From a virus (lineage: Duplodnaviria > Caudoviricetes), in the IMG/VR virus record IMGVR_UViG_3300020045_007096, positions 1 to 45,203 of that record: a stretch of 45,203 nt of DNA; one strand, written 5' to 3'. A program made the position numbers and the translations under genes. The stretch's first letter is position 1, and each line of letters starts with the position of its first letter. The notes under the pieces are model-generated. The model saw only the letters and a list, made by a program, of their open reading frames with translations. It was not told the DNA's origin and made no database searches. Positions 28,672-38,532 of the stretch are shown piece after piece.

Positions 28672-31600
28672 ATTAATAATTTTAATAGGGATTATTGCAA
28701 TTATGTTAGTTAGTATAGTTCATGCTGAGGCTAATGACCTATGGTGTTTTGATTACAAAAATTATACTGATATAGATAACTTAGCAGAAAAAGCAAAAGG
28801 GATAAACTATACTGATGGAAATCAGCCTATAACTAATGCCCTTACCGATTTTGGAATGAATAAATCAGGTATAAGTCCTATTACTTTTGCTAACTATTGG
28901 GGGGGTCCTACAATCCCTGCTTCATGTTCTGCAACCGCAGGAGCTACAATATCAACTGATTCTATTACAGGGGGAAATGTTGTAGCAAGAAGTATTAAGA
29001 TTGTAAGAGACTCTGGAAACGAGCTATTGTGCAATTATGCAGATGGCTCAACTGTATATTGGATGGCTTTGGGCAGCTATTCTTCAGATACTAATGAAGG
29101 GTATCATGCAACAGCGGTAAATGCAGGAACAGGTGTGCACGGTGTAAGGTTGAATAACAATGCTAATAGGATGTTACTTAACAATGGAGTGTCTATAGAT
29201 ACTGTAATTGCAGACAGTGCTGTTGTATCATTTTTTGGATTTATGAACAGAATTTTCTTTAATAATGGAGGAAGTGGAGGATATTTTGCAACAGACTTAA
29301 CAGCAGCCACAAGTGACAAGTGGTCAGATAGTCTTAACGTAGGAGACACTATTTATCTGCAAGTTTTTAAGTTATGGTTATCCTCTGCCGGAATAAACTC
29401 AAGTGCGAATATGACACAGTTCGTAAGAAATATATCAGAGTCAGCTAATAGTGAGTACAGAGTTTATTATTATGCTCCAAATGGGGAAAGCTCAAATGCA
29501 ATACTATCAATAACAAATAACAATGGAACAACTTGGGTCAATAATACTAATTATTCAATATTCACAATGCCACAAACTTCACATGACTTCTATACAAGGG
29601 TCTATGGAAACTTTAGTAAAGTTTGTGTAGCTTCTGTGCCTGATACAACTGCACCTAAACTAAACGAGATTAACATGACAAGTGAAGGAGGACTTGGGCA
29701 GTTTGTCAATCTTTCAGATACATTCTGTACAAATGCAGGATGCAGACTTCCAAAGACAAATGATACAACTCCTACTTTTGTCGGAAACTTTTCAGAAGTA
29801 GTTCATGCTTCTATAGTAGATAACACTACTCAAACAATGGTAGACTGCACAACTAATGATGCAAGAGTTGTAACATGTACTGAATCTTCAATACTACCTG
29901 CTGGTTTAAGTAATTTGACATTGAACTGGTCAGATACATCAGGAAATAAAAATCAAACTACATTTACTATCAATATTACCACAGGTTCTGATTTACATAC
30001 AACTAATGTTACAATTTTTCTTAATGGTTCTAATGCTAATAAGAGTTATGAGCAATATCTCACTTTGATTGATAAAGATTATGGAGTAAATCTTACTATT
30101 ATCATAGATTCAAATATAACCTCATGTATTGATTTTGATTATATGATAAATTGGTCATGTGCTGTAGGAAATAGAAGTATATTGTTAAATATAACAGAAT
30201 TGAACAATACAAGATTTATGAATGGGAACTTCTCATCAAATACAAGTTCGTCTCCTTTCAATATATCAGTGCAGCAGGATAACAGAACAGATTTAATCAA
30301 AATCGGATTTAGAGTTCAAGGTTTTACTCCGTACCCTTCTAATTTAGTGATAAGTTTCTTGAATAGGGCAATCTTTGCTATTCCCGGAAAGATAAAAGAA
30401 AACATAGCAGAATACAACGAGTTTTTATATTTAGGAACAAAGTACAATGCTACAAACATAACTATAGCAACAGGTGGAGCAGTATCACTTCAAATCAATA
30501 CTTCACAGTCATTAACAACACAGAATTACACTGCTTATTTAAGTGGTTACGATTTGGACGCAAGAAATGAATTTAGCAAGTCTGTATTGTTTACTGCATC
30601 AGATTTGTCTAATGCTTCACTATCAAACCATACAGAATCCCCGCTTGGGTATTTTGATAGTTTTGAAAATAATGTAAGTGGTAGATGGTCAATAACAGAT
30701 TCTTCTACAGGTTCTGGATATACTAACTCGATGTCATACACAAGTGGAAGTAATGATGATTATTTGACTATACAATCTCAATCAGGTGAAACTGCATGCA
30801 CATCAAGGACAGGAGAAATAACTTTAGGTTATTCAGATTTAGCAGCAGATTGGAGAAATACCTCGCTTGTAGAAGTAGATACACAATATAGTATTTCTGC
30901 AACTTGTGGCAGTCCTAATTGTCAGTCAACAGGAAGTGCAGGAGTTACTTATTATATAACAGATGGAACTAACTTGATTACTTTGAAAAGTTACTCTGTT
31001 ACAAGAGGTTCGTCAGGAACAACGAGTGCAAGTGACAGACTTAACATAACATTAATAAGGAATGGTGATTCGATAGATGTAGTTGTAAATGGTTCAAGTA
31101 GTACAGTAAGTATTGCTACTTTAGATATAAATCAGCAATTAAAAGTATCTTATAAAACTACTGCAACTTCCGGAGGAGCTTGTACAGGAGCAACTGCATC
31201 AGCAAGTAGTGATATGAGGTTGTACTCAATTAAATGGGGAGGAGTATGGCTCGAAAGTAATTTGACTAATGGTACTTACTATGGAAATGGTAATTATACT
31301 AACTGTAATGTAAACACTTCATTGACAAATGTAAGCAAGATGACTCTTAGTTGGAATGAATACAAAGCTGCTAATACCCAGATTTTAGGATATGTTTCAA
31401 ATACATGCAACTCTTCAAGTCCAACTTGGGAAAGTGTAATCAATGGAGTAAGTCATACGTTTACAAGTATTGGGAACAAGATTGGAGTGAGATTTATTTT
31501 AAATTCATCTATAAACATAACGTCTCCTGTATTAAGACAATATACTACTGAGGTAATAAGAAGTTCAATATCAGGTATTAATCTCGACTGTAATAACGAT

Positions 31601-32446
31601 GGTGTAGCAGATTGGAGCTATAATAGGACTCTTAATTCAACAACAAGTCCGAAAGTAGCTAACTGTACCATCTTTACATCATGTACCGGTGGTATAACTT
31701 GTTCAAGAAGATTTACTTATTCAACAACAAGTGGTGGTATATTATCACTTGACAATTCAAGTATGATACAAAGTTTGAATGAATTGACAGTATCTAACTT
31801 AACTCCATTTGAACCAGTAACAGTATGGAGTATTATAGCAGATTTCCTCAATGTGTCAGGTTCTAAGTTAAGAGTTTATGATTTAGATGTGGGATTTAAT
31901 GGAAGTAAGAATATAAGTGTAGGTGTAAGAACTTTTGGAAATTCAACAATCAACGCAGGTGTGGACAATCTTACTATTCTTGTTTATTATAGTAAATTCA
32001 AAAGTCAGTTCCCTAAGAACGTAAAATACTTTGAGATACAACCATTTAGTAATAATGAAACTAATGTAACTATATATGGTCAAGTTATAAGGTATTGTGG
32101 AGTGTTTTCTGACGATTACTGCGTAGTTAATTCAACACCTATATTCAACAATACTAACCTTGCTTATGACCTTAATTACGACCTTTACGTACGTTTAAAC
32201 GTAAGTTACAACAAAACACAATCTAATTGGTCTATAGATATGGGAGTAAACAGAACTACTCCTGTGCAGACAAATAACTCGTTCGTGCTGTTCAAGTCCA
32301 ATAGAACTATTGGTTCAAGTCTTCCTATATTCGGATTTGTTGACCTTTATAACATAAGTGATGCTGAGATAGCAAGATTAGGAGACCCAGAGTTCCAATG
32401 GGCAGGTTACTGCACAGGTAGTCCTGTAGGAGACTGTGTGAGATAA
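28664..32446 (+). CDS. Large secreted sequon-rich protein (adhesin/receptor-binding candidate) in the tail module
   Basis: Signal peptide MNKLIILIGIIAIMLVSIVHA; more than 50 sequons by eye; no C-terminal TM; N-terminal domain homologous to 397..3882. Confidence 0.8.
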   Translation: MNKLIILIGIIAIMLVSIVHAEANDLWCFDYKNYTDIDNLAEKAKGINYTDGNQPITNALTDFGMNKSGISPITFANYWGGPTIPASCSATAGATISTDSITGGNVVARSIKIVRDSGNELLCNYADGSTVYWMALGSYSSDTNEGYHATAVNAGTGVHGVRLNNNANRMLLNNGVSIDTVIADSAVVSFFGFMNRIFFNNGGSGGYFATDLTAATSDKWSDSLNVGDTIYLQVFKLWLSSAGINSSANMTQFVRNISESANSEYRVYYYAPNGESSNAILSITNNNGTTWVNNTNYSIFTMPQTSHDFYTRVYGNFSKVCVASVPDTTAPKLNEINMTSEGGLGQFVNLSDTFCTNAGCRLPKTNDTTPTFVGNFSEVVHASIVDNTTQTMVDCTTNDARVVTCTESSILPAGLSNLTLNWSDTSGNKNQTTFTINITTGSDLHTTNVTIFLNGSNANKSYEQYLTLIDKDYGVNLTIIIDSNITSCIDFDYMINWSCAVGNRSILLNITELNNTRFMNGNFSSNTSSSPFNISVQQDNRTDLIKIGFRVQGFTPYPSNLVISFLNRAIFAIPGKIKENIAEYNEFLYLGTKYNATNITIATGGAVSLQINTSQSLTTQNYTAYLSGYDLDARNEFSKSVLFTASDLSNASLSNHTESPLGYFDSFENNVSGRWSITDSSTGSGYTNSMSYTSGSNDDYLTIQSQSGETACTSRTGEITLGYSDLAADWRNTSLVEVDTQYSISATCGSPNCQSTGSAGVTYYITDGTNLITLKSYSVTRGSSGTTSASDRLNITLIRNGDSIDVVVNGSSSTVSIATLDINQQLKVSYKTTATSGGACTGATASASSDMRLYSIKWGGVWLESNLTNGTYYGNGNYTNCNVNTSLTNVSKMTLSWNEYKAANTQILGYVSNTCNSSSPTWESVINGVSHTFTSIGNKIGVRFILNSSINITSPVLRQYTTEVIRSSISGINLDCNNDGVADWSYNRTLNSTTSPKVANCTIFTSCTGGITCSRRFTYSTTSGGILSLDNSSMIQSLNELTVSNLTPFEPVTVWSIIADFLNVSGSKLRVYDLDVGFNGSKNISVGVRTFGNSTINAGVDNLTILVYYSKFKSQFPKNVKYFEIQPFSNNETNVTIYGQVIRYCGVFSDDYCVVNSTPIFNNTNLAYDLNYDLYVRLNVSYNKTQSNWSIDMGVNRTTPVQTNNSFVLFKSNRTIGSSLPIFGFVDLYNISDAEIARLGDPEFQWAGYCTGSPVGDCVR

Positions 32447-33985
32447 ATGCCGATAGTAATCAATACTGGCAGGATAAATGTACCTTTAAGGACTTATGAT
32501 AAGAACTGGAAGGTAGTTTATGTTGATGGAAGCAATAATGAAATAGTATTAGGAGACGGTACTGCTACTGATAACAACAGAATGATTACTGCTACATTCA
32601 CAAGAAAATCACTTAGGTATGGAACAGGTTTCTTCCAAATATCTCTCAATAATGAAGGTGGCTATTACAACCAAGTTCTTACAAATGCAGTTGAGATAAG
32701 GGCTTATGCTGACCAAACAAGTTCAGTTCCTACAAATCAAATATTTGAAGGCAAGATACAAAGTGTAAAGCATTCACTTACAGAAGATGATGCTTTTATT
32801 ATGAATATTTATGGAGTTATGTTTCCGCAGTTAGCAGATATGAACATCACAGTAGATTTCAGTTCTGGTGCTACTGCGATAGCTGCTATTCAATATATTA
32901 TAGATAACTTCTTTAGTGGAGTTTTTACCTATGTAAATTTAAACCCAAATATGACAGGAACAATATATGGTCAGTATGTTGACCAGATTGCTCTTAATGT
33001 TATAGCTGATATACTAAAGCAAGTAGAATATGATGGTTATATTGATTTTACTAATGATATTCACAGTTTCCCGGAAGGTGGAAACATAAACACAAGAGAG
33101 AAGATAACTTATGGAGATAACATGTTAGCTTATTCTGATATAGGTCAGGATTTTGTAGATAAAAAAAACAGAGTAATTGTATACGGGTCAAACTCAGAAG
33201 GATTGCTTTTAGTTGCAACTAAAAACAATACAACTTCACAGAGTGAGTCTTGGGTAAAGTCGACTGTTATCACAGCAGGAAATATAATAACAACCACAAC
33301 TTTAGCACAAAAAGCACAGACAGAGTTAACATTTCTCGATGAAGTTCCAACCATAGGGACAATGGCTGCTGCAAATGGGCTGCCTACACTCGTTCCCGGT
33401 CAAAGTCTTCAATGTTCTAATCAGTTCGCAAACATAACTGGTTTTTATAATTCAGTCTCTATTACCGACCAGTTCTTTCAGGATACAACTTGGATTACTC
33501 AAGTTGATGTAAGTAGGCTTGATAAAACAAATTCAGTCCAGATAAAAGACGTAGAGAATAAAGTTAACTCAATAAGTGCACAGAATATCAATGGAATGAC
33601 AAATACTGCTTTTATCCTTACATTCGAAGATACAAGTGGGTTGGCTTCTCTTGGGTCTTTGCAGGTATCAAATAGTAGATTATCCATTGCGACAGGAAGT
33701 AGTGGAACTGCTACTACTATACTGGTAGAATTAGATGATGATGCTACTTCATTTGAAGCGAGAGGAAAACCGAATGATGACTGTGCAGTTAGTTATTTTC
33801 AAGTAAGTAATGACGGTGGAGTAAGTTATAATAACAGCAATGAACAGTATAATCTTGTTGGTGGATTGAATACGAGAGTTAATTTCACAACCACTGGAAA
33901 CAAGATTGTAGTTAAGATAACTCTCGTAGCAGATGCAACTTATTTGTTGCCTGAGCTTGAGAACTTTGAAATATTGACGAGGTGA
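32447..33985 (+). CDS. Baseplate hub/tail-tip protein (putative)
   Basis: FQISLNN, IFEGKI, YIDFTNDIHSFP, ITYGDNM, KNRVIVYG, LVPGQ hub-like pattern. Confidence 0.7.
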   Translation: MPIVINTGRINVPLRTYDKNWKVVYVDGSNNEIVLGDGTATDNNRMITATFTRKSLRYGTGFFQISLNNEGGYYNQVLTNAVEIRAYADQTSSVPTNQIFEGKIQSVKHSLTEDDAFIMNIYGVMFPQLADMNITVDFSSGATAIAAIQYIIDNFFSGVFTYVNLNPNMTGTIYGQYVDQIALNVIADILKQVEYDGYIDFTNDIHSFPEGGNINTREKITYGDNMLAYSDIGQDFVDKKNRVIVYGSNSEGLLLVATKNNTTSQSESWVKSTVITAGNIITTTTLAQKAQTELTFLDEVPTIGTMAAANGLPTLVPGQSLQCSNQFANITGFYNSVSITDQFFQDTTWITQVDVSRLDKTNSVQIKDVENKVNSISAQNINGMTNTAFILTFEDTSGLASLGSLQVSNSRLSIATGSSGTATTILVELDDDATSFEARGKPNDDCAVSYFQVSNDGGVSYNNSNEQYNLVGGLNTRVNFTTTGNKIVVKITLVADATYLLPELENFEILTR

Positions 33986-33990
33986 AATAG

Positions 33991-34116
33991 ATGAGTAAAG
34001 CAGAATACACACACGAGTATACTTGTGGATGTATAGTATCAATAGAAGGAAGGAATATAAAAATAAAAGACTGCGGAGACGCAACACATATTTGGAATTT
34101 GGATGAATTGAAATGA
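33991..34116 (+). CDS. 41-aa ORF (not in the ORF track)
   Basis: GAGGTGA RBS; MSKAEYTHEYTCGC... Confidence 0.45.
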   Translation: MSKAEYTHEYTCGCIVSIEGRNIKIKDCGDATHIWNLDELK

Positions 34117-34168
34117 TTATATAATCTGTCGGGAAGGTTTATATAATAGTTACCTCAAAAATATATTA
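34115..34168 (+). promoter_or_regulatory. Promoter with GATTATATAATC palindrome
   Basis: Palindrome 34115-34126, TTTATATA at 34138, then AAAAATATATT. Confidence 0.8.
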
Positions 34169-34216
34169 TAAATGAGCATACAATGCTTATTTGTTTTTAT
34201 ATATGAGGTGATTCAT

Positions 34217-34402
34217 ATGAACAAGTCATGGTACAAATCTAAAGCTGTATGGGGCGGATTGTTAATTTCACTCGGTGCAGTTGTTACTGCAACAGGTCAA
34301 TTCTTATCAGGAACTCTTGATTTTGGGACATTTATAACAACAGTTGGTCCACAAATCGGTGCTGGTCTTGGAGTAATTGGACTAAGAACAGCTATGAAGT
34401 AG
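34217..34402 (+). CDS. Small two-TM holin-like protein
   Basis: GAGGTGA RBS; KSWYKSKAVW start, two TM, GLR end. Confidence 0.6.
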   Translation: MNKSWYKSKAVWGGLLISLGAVVTATGQFLSGTLDFGTFITTVGPQIGAGLGVIGLRTAMK

Positions 34403-34410
34403 GGATATAG

Positions 34411-34689
34411 ATGGACGCAGGTGCAATAGGGGTTTTGGTAGGACAATTAGGATTCCCTATTGCTATTGCCATTTTTCTACTATGGTGGGTTCTTGTAAAA
34501 TTTGACAAGAGTGTTAAGCAAGTAAGTAAAGACCATAAAGAAGGACTTGTTCTTGTAAGCAGAGCCATAACTACACAGACAAAAACTCTTAATCATACAC
34601 TATCAGAGCAGATTGAATTAATTAAGTTAGGAATAACTAATCAAGCTTCTAAAGCAGATGTATCTAAAATTTGCAAACATAAACGATAA
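34411..34689 (+). CDS. YvrJ/BhlA-like single-TM holin-like protein
   Basis: QLGFPIAIAIFLLW then coiled coil. Confidence 0.6.
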   Translation: MDAGAIGVLVGQLGFPIAIAIFLLWWVLVKFDKSVKQVSKDHKEGLVLVSRAITTQTKTLNHTLSEQIELIKLGITNQASKADVSKICKHKR

Positions 34690-34718
34690 TAAGCTTAACT
34701 TATGTTAGGCAGAATTCT

Positions 34719-34762
34719 GCCTGACGTAAATCCCACAATATCCCTTACGTCAGGCTCTTTTT
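34719..34762 (+). terminator. Stem-loop plus T-tract
   Basis: GCCTGACGTAA...TTACGTCAGGC then TCTTTTT. Confidence 0.65.
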
Positions 34763-34827
34763 CGAAAGGTATTTATATAAGTTGCTTGACATAATATATA
34801 TTAAATATATTTTTATGGGGATAATTT

Positions 34828-35028
34828 ATGGATATTTGGGAATATGTTGACAAACCGAGACCACCTAACAAGAACTACAATATACGTAAGATAGCTTCAA
34901 GTGGTCGTGGTGCAGATGCTTTTGCAATAACTGTTCCCCAGAACATAGCTTTATTATTTGTTGGAGTCAAGTTCTCGCTTGTTATAAGCGGTAACTCATT
35001 GATATATACGAGTGGATGTGTTGTTTGA
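34828..35028 (+). CDS. AbrB/MazE-like swapped-hairpin regulator (putative)
   Basis: IRKI...AFAITVPQNIA. Confidence 0.55.
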   Translation: MDIWEYVDKPRPPNKNYNIRKIASSGRGADAFAITVPQNIALLFVGVKFSLVISGNSLIYTSGCVV

Positions 35029-36339
35029 TTGGATAAAATAAAACTAATGTGCTTGAGTGATAGTCCTGTATTGAATACCGGATTCTCAACAATTTCTATG
35101 AATATTCTAAACAAGTTGGCTGATTTAGGTTACGAGTCTACATATTTAGGTCAAGCTATTCCTCATGCACAGCCGTTTGCATTGATTTCACCAGAGAAGA
35201 TACTAAAATCTTGGGGAGTAAATCCTACACCAGAAATACTCAAACAATTCCCAGAGAAAGTGCCTTCGGTTTATCTGCAAGATGGTACTGCGTTCAAGTT
35301 CAATCTTGTTGGACAGGCTCTTGAGCCTTATTGCAAAGACATTCTTCAACCATTCATAAAGACAGTTCAGCCAGACATTCATTTCACACTTCTTGATACG
35401 TTTATGGTCTATCCATGGTATAATGACATAGATTTCAGCCCAGCAAAGACTATTTTTTATTATCCTTCTGATGGAGAGCCTTTCTTGCCCGGTGGTGTTT
35501 GTGATTCTGTTCTCAGGAAAATGAGCGTCTCAGTTGCAATGAGCAAACACGGTCAGAGACAAGTTAAAGAATATCACAAAATGGATACAGAATACATCCC
35601 CCACGCATGCGACCATAATCTATTTAGTCCAATGACTGATGAAGAGAAGCATCAGTTAAGGATAAAGTGGGGATTAGTTGATAAGTATGTAGTAGGCTGT
35701 GTTGCAAGAAACCAGCCAAGAAAGATGATGGATAGGGCTATCAAAGCCTTCGCTAAATTTGCAAGAGACAAAGAAGATGTAGTATTTCTACTGCACATGG
35801 ACCCGCAAGACAGAGCAGCAGCATTTGATATTAACAAATTAGTATTGGAATTAGGTATACAGAATAAAGTATTGTATACTGGTGTCAGATATTTTCAGGG
35901 ATTTCCTTATGAGTTTATGAGGGAAATATATAATCTTTTTGATGTATTTCTTCTTCTTACAAGTGGAGAAGGCTTTGGAGTTCCTATAATTGAAGCTATG
36001 TCCTGTGAGATTCCAGTAGTAGTTACAGATTACACTACTTCTTATGAATTAATTGAAGAAGATGGAACATGCGGTGAGTTAGTCAAATTGTCAGGGATTG
36101 AGCAGTATCCAAGATTCCATAAAGATAATATGATGAATACGCTTACTGGCTCTTGGAACGTTGAAAGAGGGATAGCAGATACATACGATGGTTGCATGAA
36201 ACTGAATAAGTTATACTATGACAGAAATTTAGGAAAGATATATGGAAAGGCTGGGAGAAAGAAGGTACTAAAAAATTACACTTGGGATGTTGTGATTCCA
36301 CAGTGGGATAAACTAATGAGGAAGATGGTCAATGAGTAA
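35029..36339 (+). CDS. GT4 glycosyltransferase
   Basis: SDSP...TGF, RNQPRK, GEGFGVPIIEAMSC, YTWD. Confidence 0.9.
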   Translation: MDKIKLMCLSDSPVLNTGFSTISMNILNKLADLGYESTYLGQAIPHAQPFALISPEKILKSWGVNPTPEILKQFPEKVPSVYLQDGTAFKFNLVGQALEPYCKDILQPFIKTVQPDIHFTLLDTFMVYPWYNDIDFSPAKTIFYYPSDGEPFLPGGVCDSVLRKMSVSVAMSKHGQRQVKEYHKMDTEYIPHACDHNLFSPMTDEEKHQLRIKWGLVDKYVVGCVARNQPRKMMDRAIKAFAKFARDKEDVVFLLHMDPQDRAAAFDINKLVLELGIQNKVLYTGVRYFQGFPYEFMREIYNLFDVFLLLTSGEGFGVPIIEAMSCEIPVVVTDYTTSYELIEEDGTCGELVKLSGIEQYPRFHKDNMMNTLTGSWNVERGIADTYDGCMKLNKLYYDRNLGKIYGKAGRKKVLKNYTWDVVIPQWDKLMRKMVNE

Positions 36340-37645
36340 AACAGTTTGGTTCATAAATCCACCAGATTTGTGGGCAGATAAAGCAGGAGACAGACCACCA
36401 TTAGGTCTTGTTTACCTATCTGCTTACCTCAAGAAATTTGGTCATAATACTGTTATTTGGGACAATAACCACAAGAGTGGAATCCCTACAGTAAGAGATA
36501 TAGTAGAGCAAAAGCCAGATTATGTATGTATTGCAGTTGCAACTCCTAATTACAACAACGCCATCGGAATAGCTAACATATTCATTAAATTAAGATATGG
36601 GCAATACAGAAGGATGTTTTCCAGAAAGTTGAAGTTAATAGCTGGTGGCAATCACGTAGCAGCTTATCCAGATGAAGAGTATACAAAGAAGGCTTTTGAT
36701 TACGTAGTAACAGGAACAGACGGAGAAGAAGGATTATTGAGAATCATTCACGGCAAGGCAGAAGAACAAGTAGTTAGGTCTAAAGACATAGAAAACCTTG
36801 ACGATTTACCACTGCCTGATTATGATTCTCTTGATATGAGTAAATATAACATGATGCTTGAAGGGAAGAAAGCTATTACTATGAGTACAAGCAGAGGTTG
36901 TGTTTATTCTTGTTTCTACTGTGGTTCTGCTTCTATCAAGAAGTTTAGGGCACATTCGCCTGAGTATGTAGTAAATCATATGAAATATGTATATGATAAG
37001 TTTGGGATAACTTCATTCTATTTCGTTGATGATATATTTACTTTTGACAAGAATAGGGTTATGAAAATGATGGATTTGATTATAATCAACTTTCCAAAAG
37101 GAGATATATCCATCAGAGCCACTACCAGAGCCAATCTTTTGACGCAGGAGCTATGCAACAAGATGAAATCTGCTGGTGTAGAGATAATCAGCATCGGGCT
37201 GGAAAGTGGGTCTCCTAAAGTCTTAAAGGCTATGAGAAAGCATGAGACAGTAGAAGTACAAAGGCAAGGAGTAGAGTTCTGCTATCAGGCTGGAATCAAA
37301 GTAAAGGGTTTCTTTATATTCGGAAATCCAGAAGAGACTTGGGATGATGTTTTACTTACAATCAATTTTGCAAAGGAGCTTGTGCAGAGTGGCAGGCTTC
37401 AATATGCTGATTCTTATGTGTTGAATCCTGTACCTGCCTCTCCCTTTTGGAAGACTCCGGAAGAGTTTGGAATTTCCTATACAAAACCAAAAGACCCAAA
37501 AGAATGGGGTAGTTTCTATCAAATCGGAAAAGGAAAAGATATAAAGGTTAACATAAAACATCCTTATCTTTCTGAGCAGCAGCTTAGAGACGCAGTAGAT
37601 TTGTTCCAGAAAGAAGTACAAGTAGATGGGTTGACGTACAAATGA
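36332..37645 (+). CDS. Cobalamin-binding radical SAM enzyme (class B methyltransferase-like)
   Basis: PPLGLVYL, AGGNH, TSRGCVYSCFYC, FVDDIF, IGLESGS, FFIFGNPEET. Confidence 0.92.
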   Translation: MSKTVWFINPPDLWADKAGDRPPLGLVYLSAYLKKFGHNTVIWDNNHKSGIPTVRDIVEQKPDYVCIAVATPNYNNAIGIANIFIKLRYGQYRRMFSRKLKLIAGGNHVAAYPDEEYTKKAFDYVVTGTDGEEGLLRIIHGKAEEQVVRSKDIENLDDLPLPDYDSLDMSKYNMMLEGKKAITMSTSRGCVYSCFYCGSASIKKFRAHSPEYVVNHMKYVYDKFGITSFYFVDDIFTFDKNRVMKMMDLIIINFPKGDISIRATTRANLLTQELCNKMKSAGVEIISIGLESGSPKVLKAMRKHETVEVQRQGVEFCYQAGIKVKGFFIFGNPEETWDDVLLTINFAKELVQSGRLQYADSYVLNPVPASPFWKTPEEFGISYTKPKDPKEWGSFYQIGKGKDIKVNIKHPYLSEQQLRDAVDLFQKEVQVDGLTYK

Positions 37646-37791
37646 CAACAGTTAAAGACTTTATTAAAAATGTACTAACTTCAATAGAAAGTGCAGTAGA
37701 CGAAGTTAATTTTGACATAGGGACAGATGATGGAAACACCGTTAATATGGATAGTTCCAATAGAGTTAAATTTACTTTGGTGAGAAAATGA
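37642..37791 (+). CDS. 49-aa hypothetical ORF (not in the ORF track)
   Basis: ATGA overlaps on both sides; MTTVKDFIKNVLTSIE... Confidence 0.55.
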   Translation: MTTVKDFIKNVLTSIESAVDEVNFDIGTDDGNTVNMDSSNRVKFTLVRK

Positions 37792-38309
37792 GCCATTTAA
37801 CATCTTCACTAAAGGATTTTAAAGGATATTTTGAATTTAATAAAATAGACCTAAAAGATAAGAATGTATTAGATGTCGGTTGCAGAGACAATAGTGCAAG
37901 TGATTTCTTCAATTCAATTAGTATGAAGTGGTCAGGTTGCGACATAAAGCCAGATTATCCTAAAGGAAACATAGTAGAATGTGATATGACAAGTCTCCAT
38001 TTTCCTAATGAAAGTTTTGATTTTGTATTTATATGTCACTCGCTTGAACACTGCGAAAATCCACTGCTTGCATTGAGAGAAGCAAGAAGAGTATTAAAGA
38101 AAGATGGTTATGTATTTATCAGTCTTCCATGCCCATGTAAACATCATATTTTAGAAAGTGATGAAGACCACATCTTTTGCTTGGATGAAAGGCAGATTTT
38201 AAGGTTACTAAAATATGCAAGATTTGAGTTTACTGTATCATGGATTGGTGGACATGAAGGGTATACGGGAACTGATAGATACAACGTGTATGGAGTTGCG
38301 AGGAAATAA
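37788..38309 (+). CDS. Class I SAM-dependent methyltransferase
   Basis: VLDVGC, FPNESFDFV, HSLEH, RRVLKKDG. Confidence 0.9.
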   Translation: MSHLTSSLKDFKGYFEFNKIDLKDKNVLDVGCRDNSASDFFNSISMKWSGCDIKPDYPKGNIVECDMTSLHFPNESFDFVFICHSLEHCENPLLALREARRVLKKDGYVFISLPCPCKHHILESDEDHIFCLDERQILRLLKYARFEFTVSWIGGHEGYTGTDRYNVYGVARK

Positions 38310-38310
38310 A

Positions 38311-38532
38311 ATGGCAAACATATTAGAGAAACCAATTTACAGAAGGCATAGTCTAAAGTGCTATGGGAATTTTAGAATGACCAAGAAAGGAGTAGATGGA
38401 AATCCTTGGGAGTTCCAATGTGATGAATGCCAGAGTGGAATGTGTATTATGAACGCAGACTCATTGACGCCAGACGAAAGAGTCAAGTTTGATAAGTTTG
38501 TAGAATATGTTAAGAAATTCGGGGTGAAATAA
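38311..38532 (+). CDS. Small zinc-binding protein
   Basis: GAGG RBS; H...C and CDEC. Confidence 0.55.
   Translation: MANILEKPIYRRHSLKCYGNFRMTKKGVDGNPWEFQCDECQSGMCIMNADSLTPDERVKFDKFVEYVKKFGVK

Noticed and set aside
463-29638. Diversity-generating retroelement as the source of the two related domains
   Set aside because: No reverse transcriptase in the window, and differences are spread over all bases with many synonymous changes, not adenine-specific
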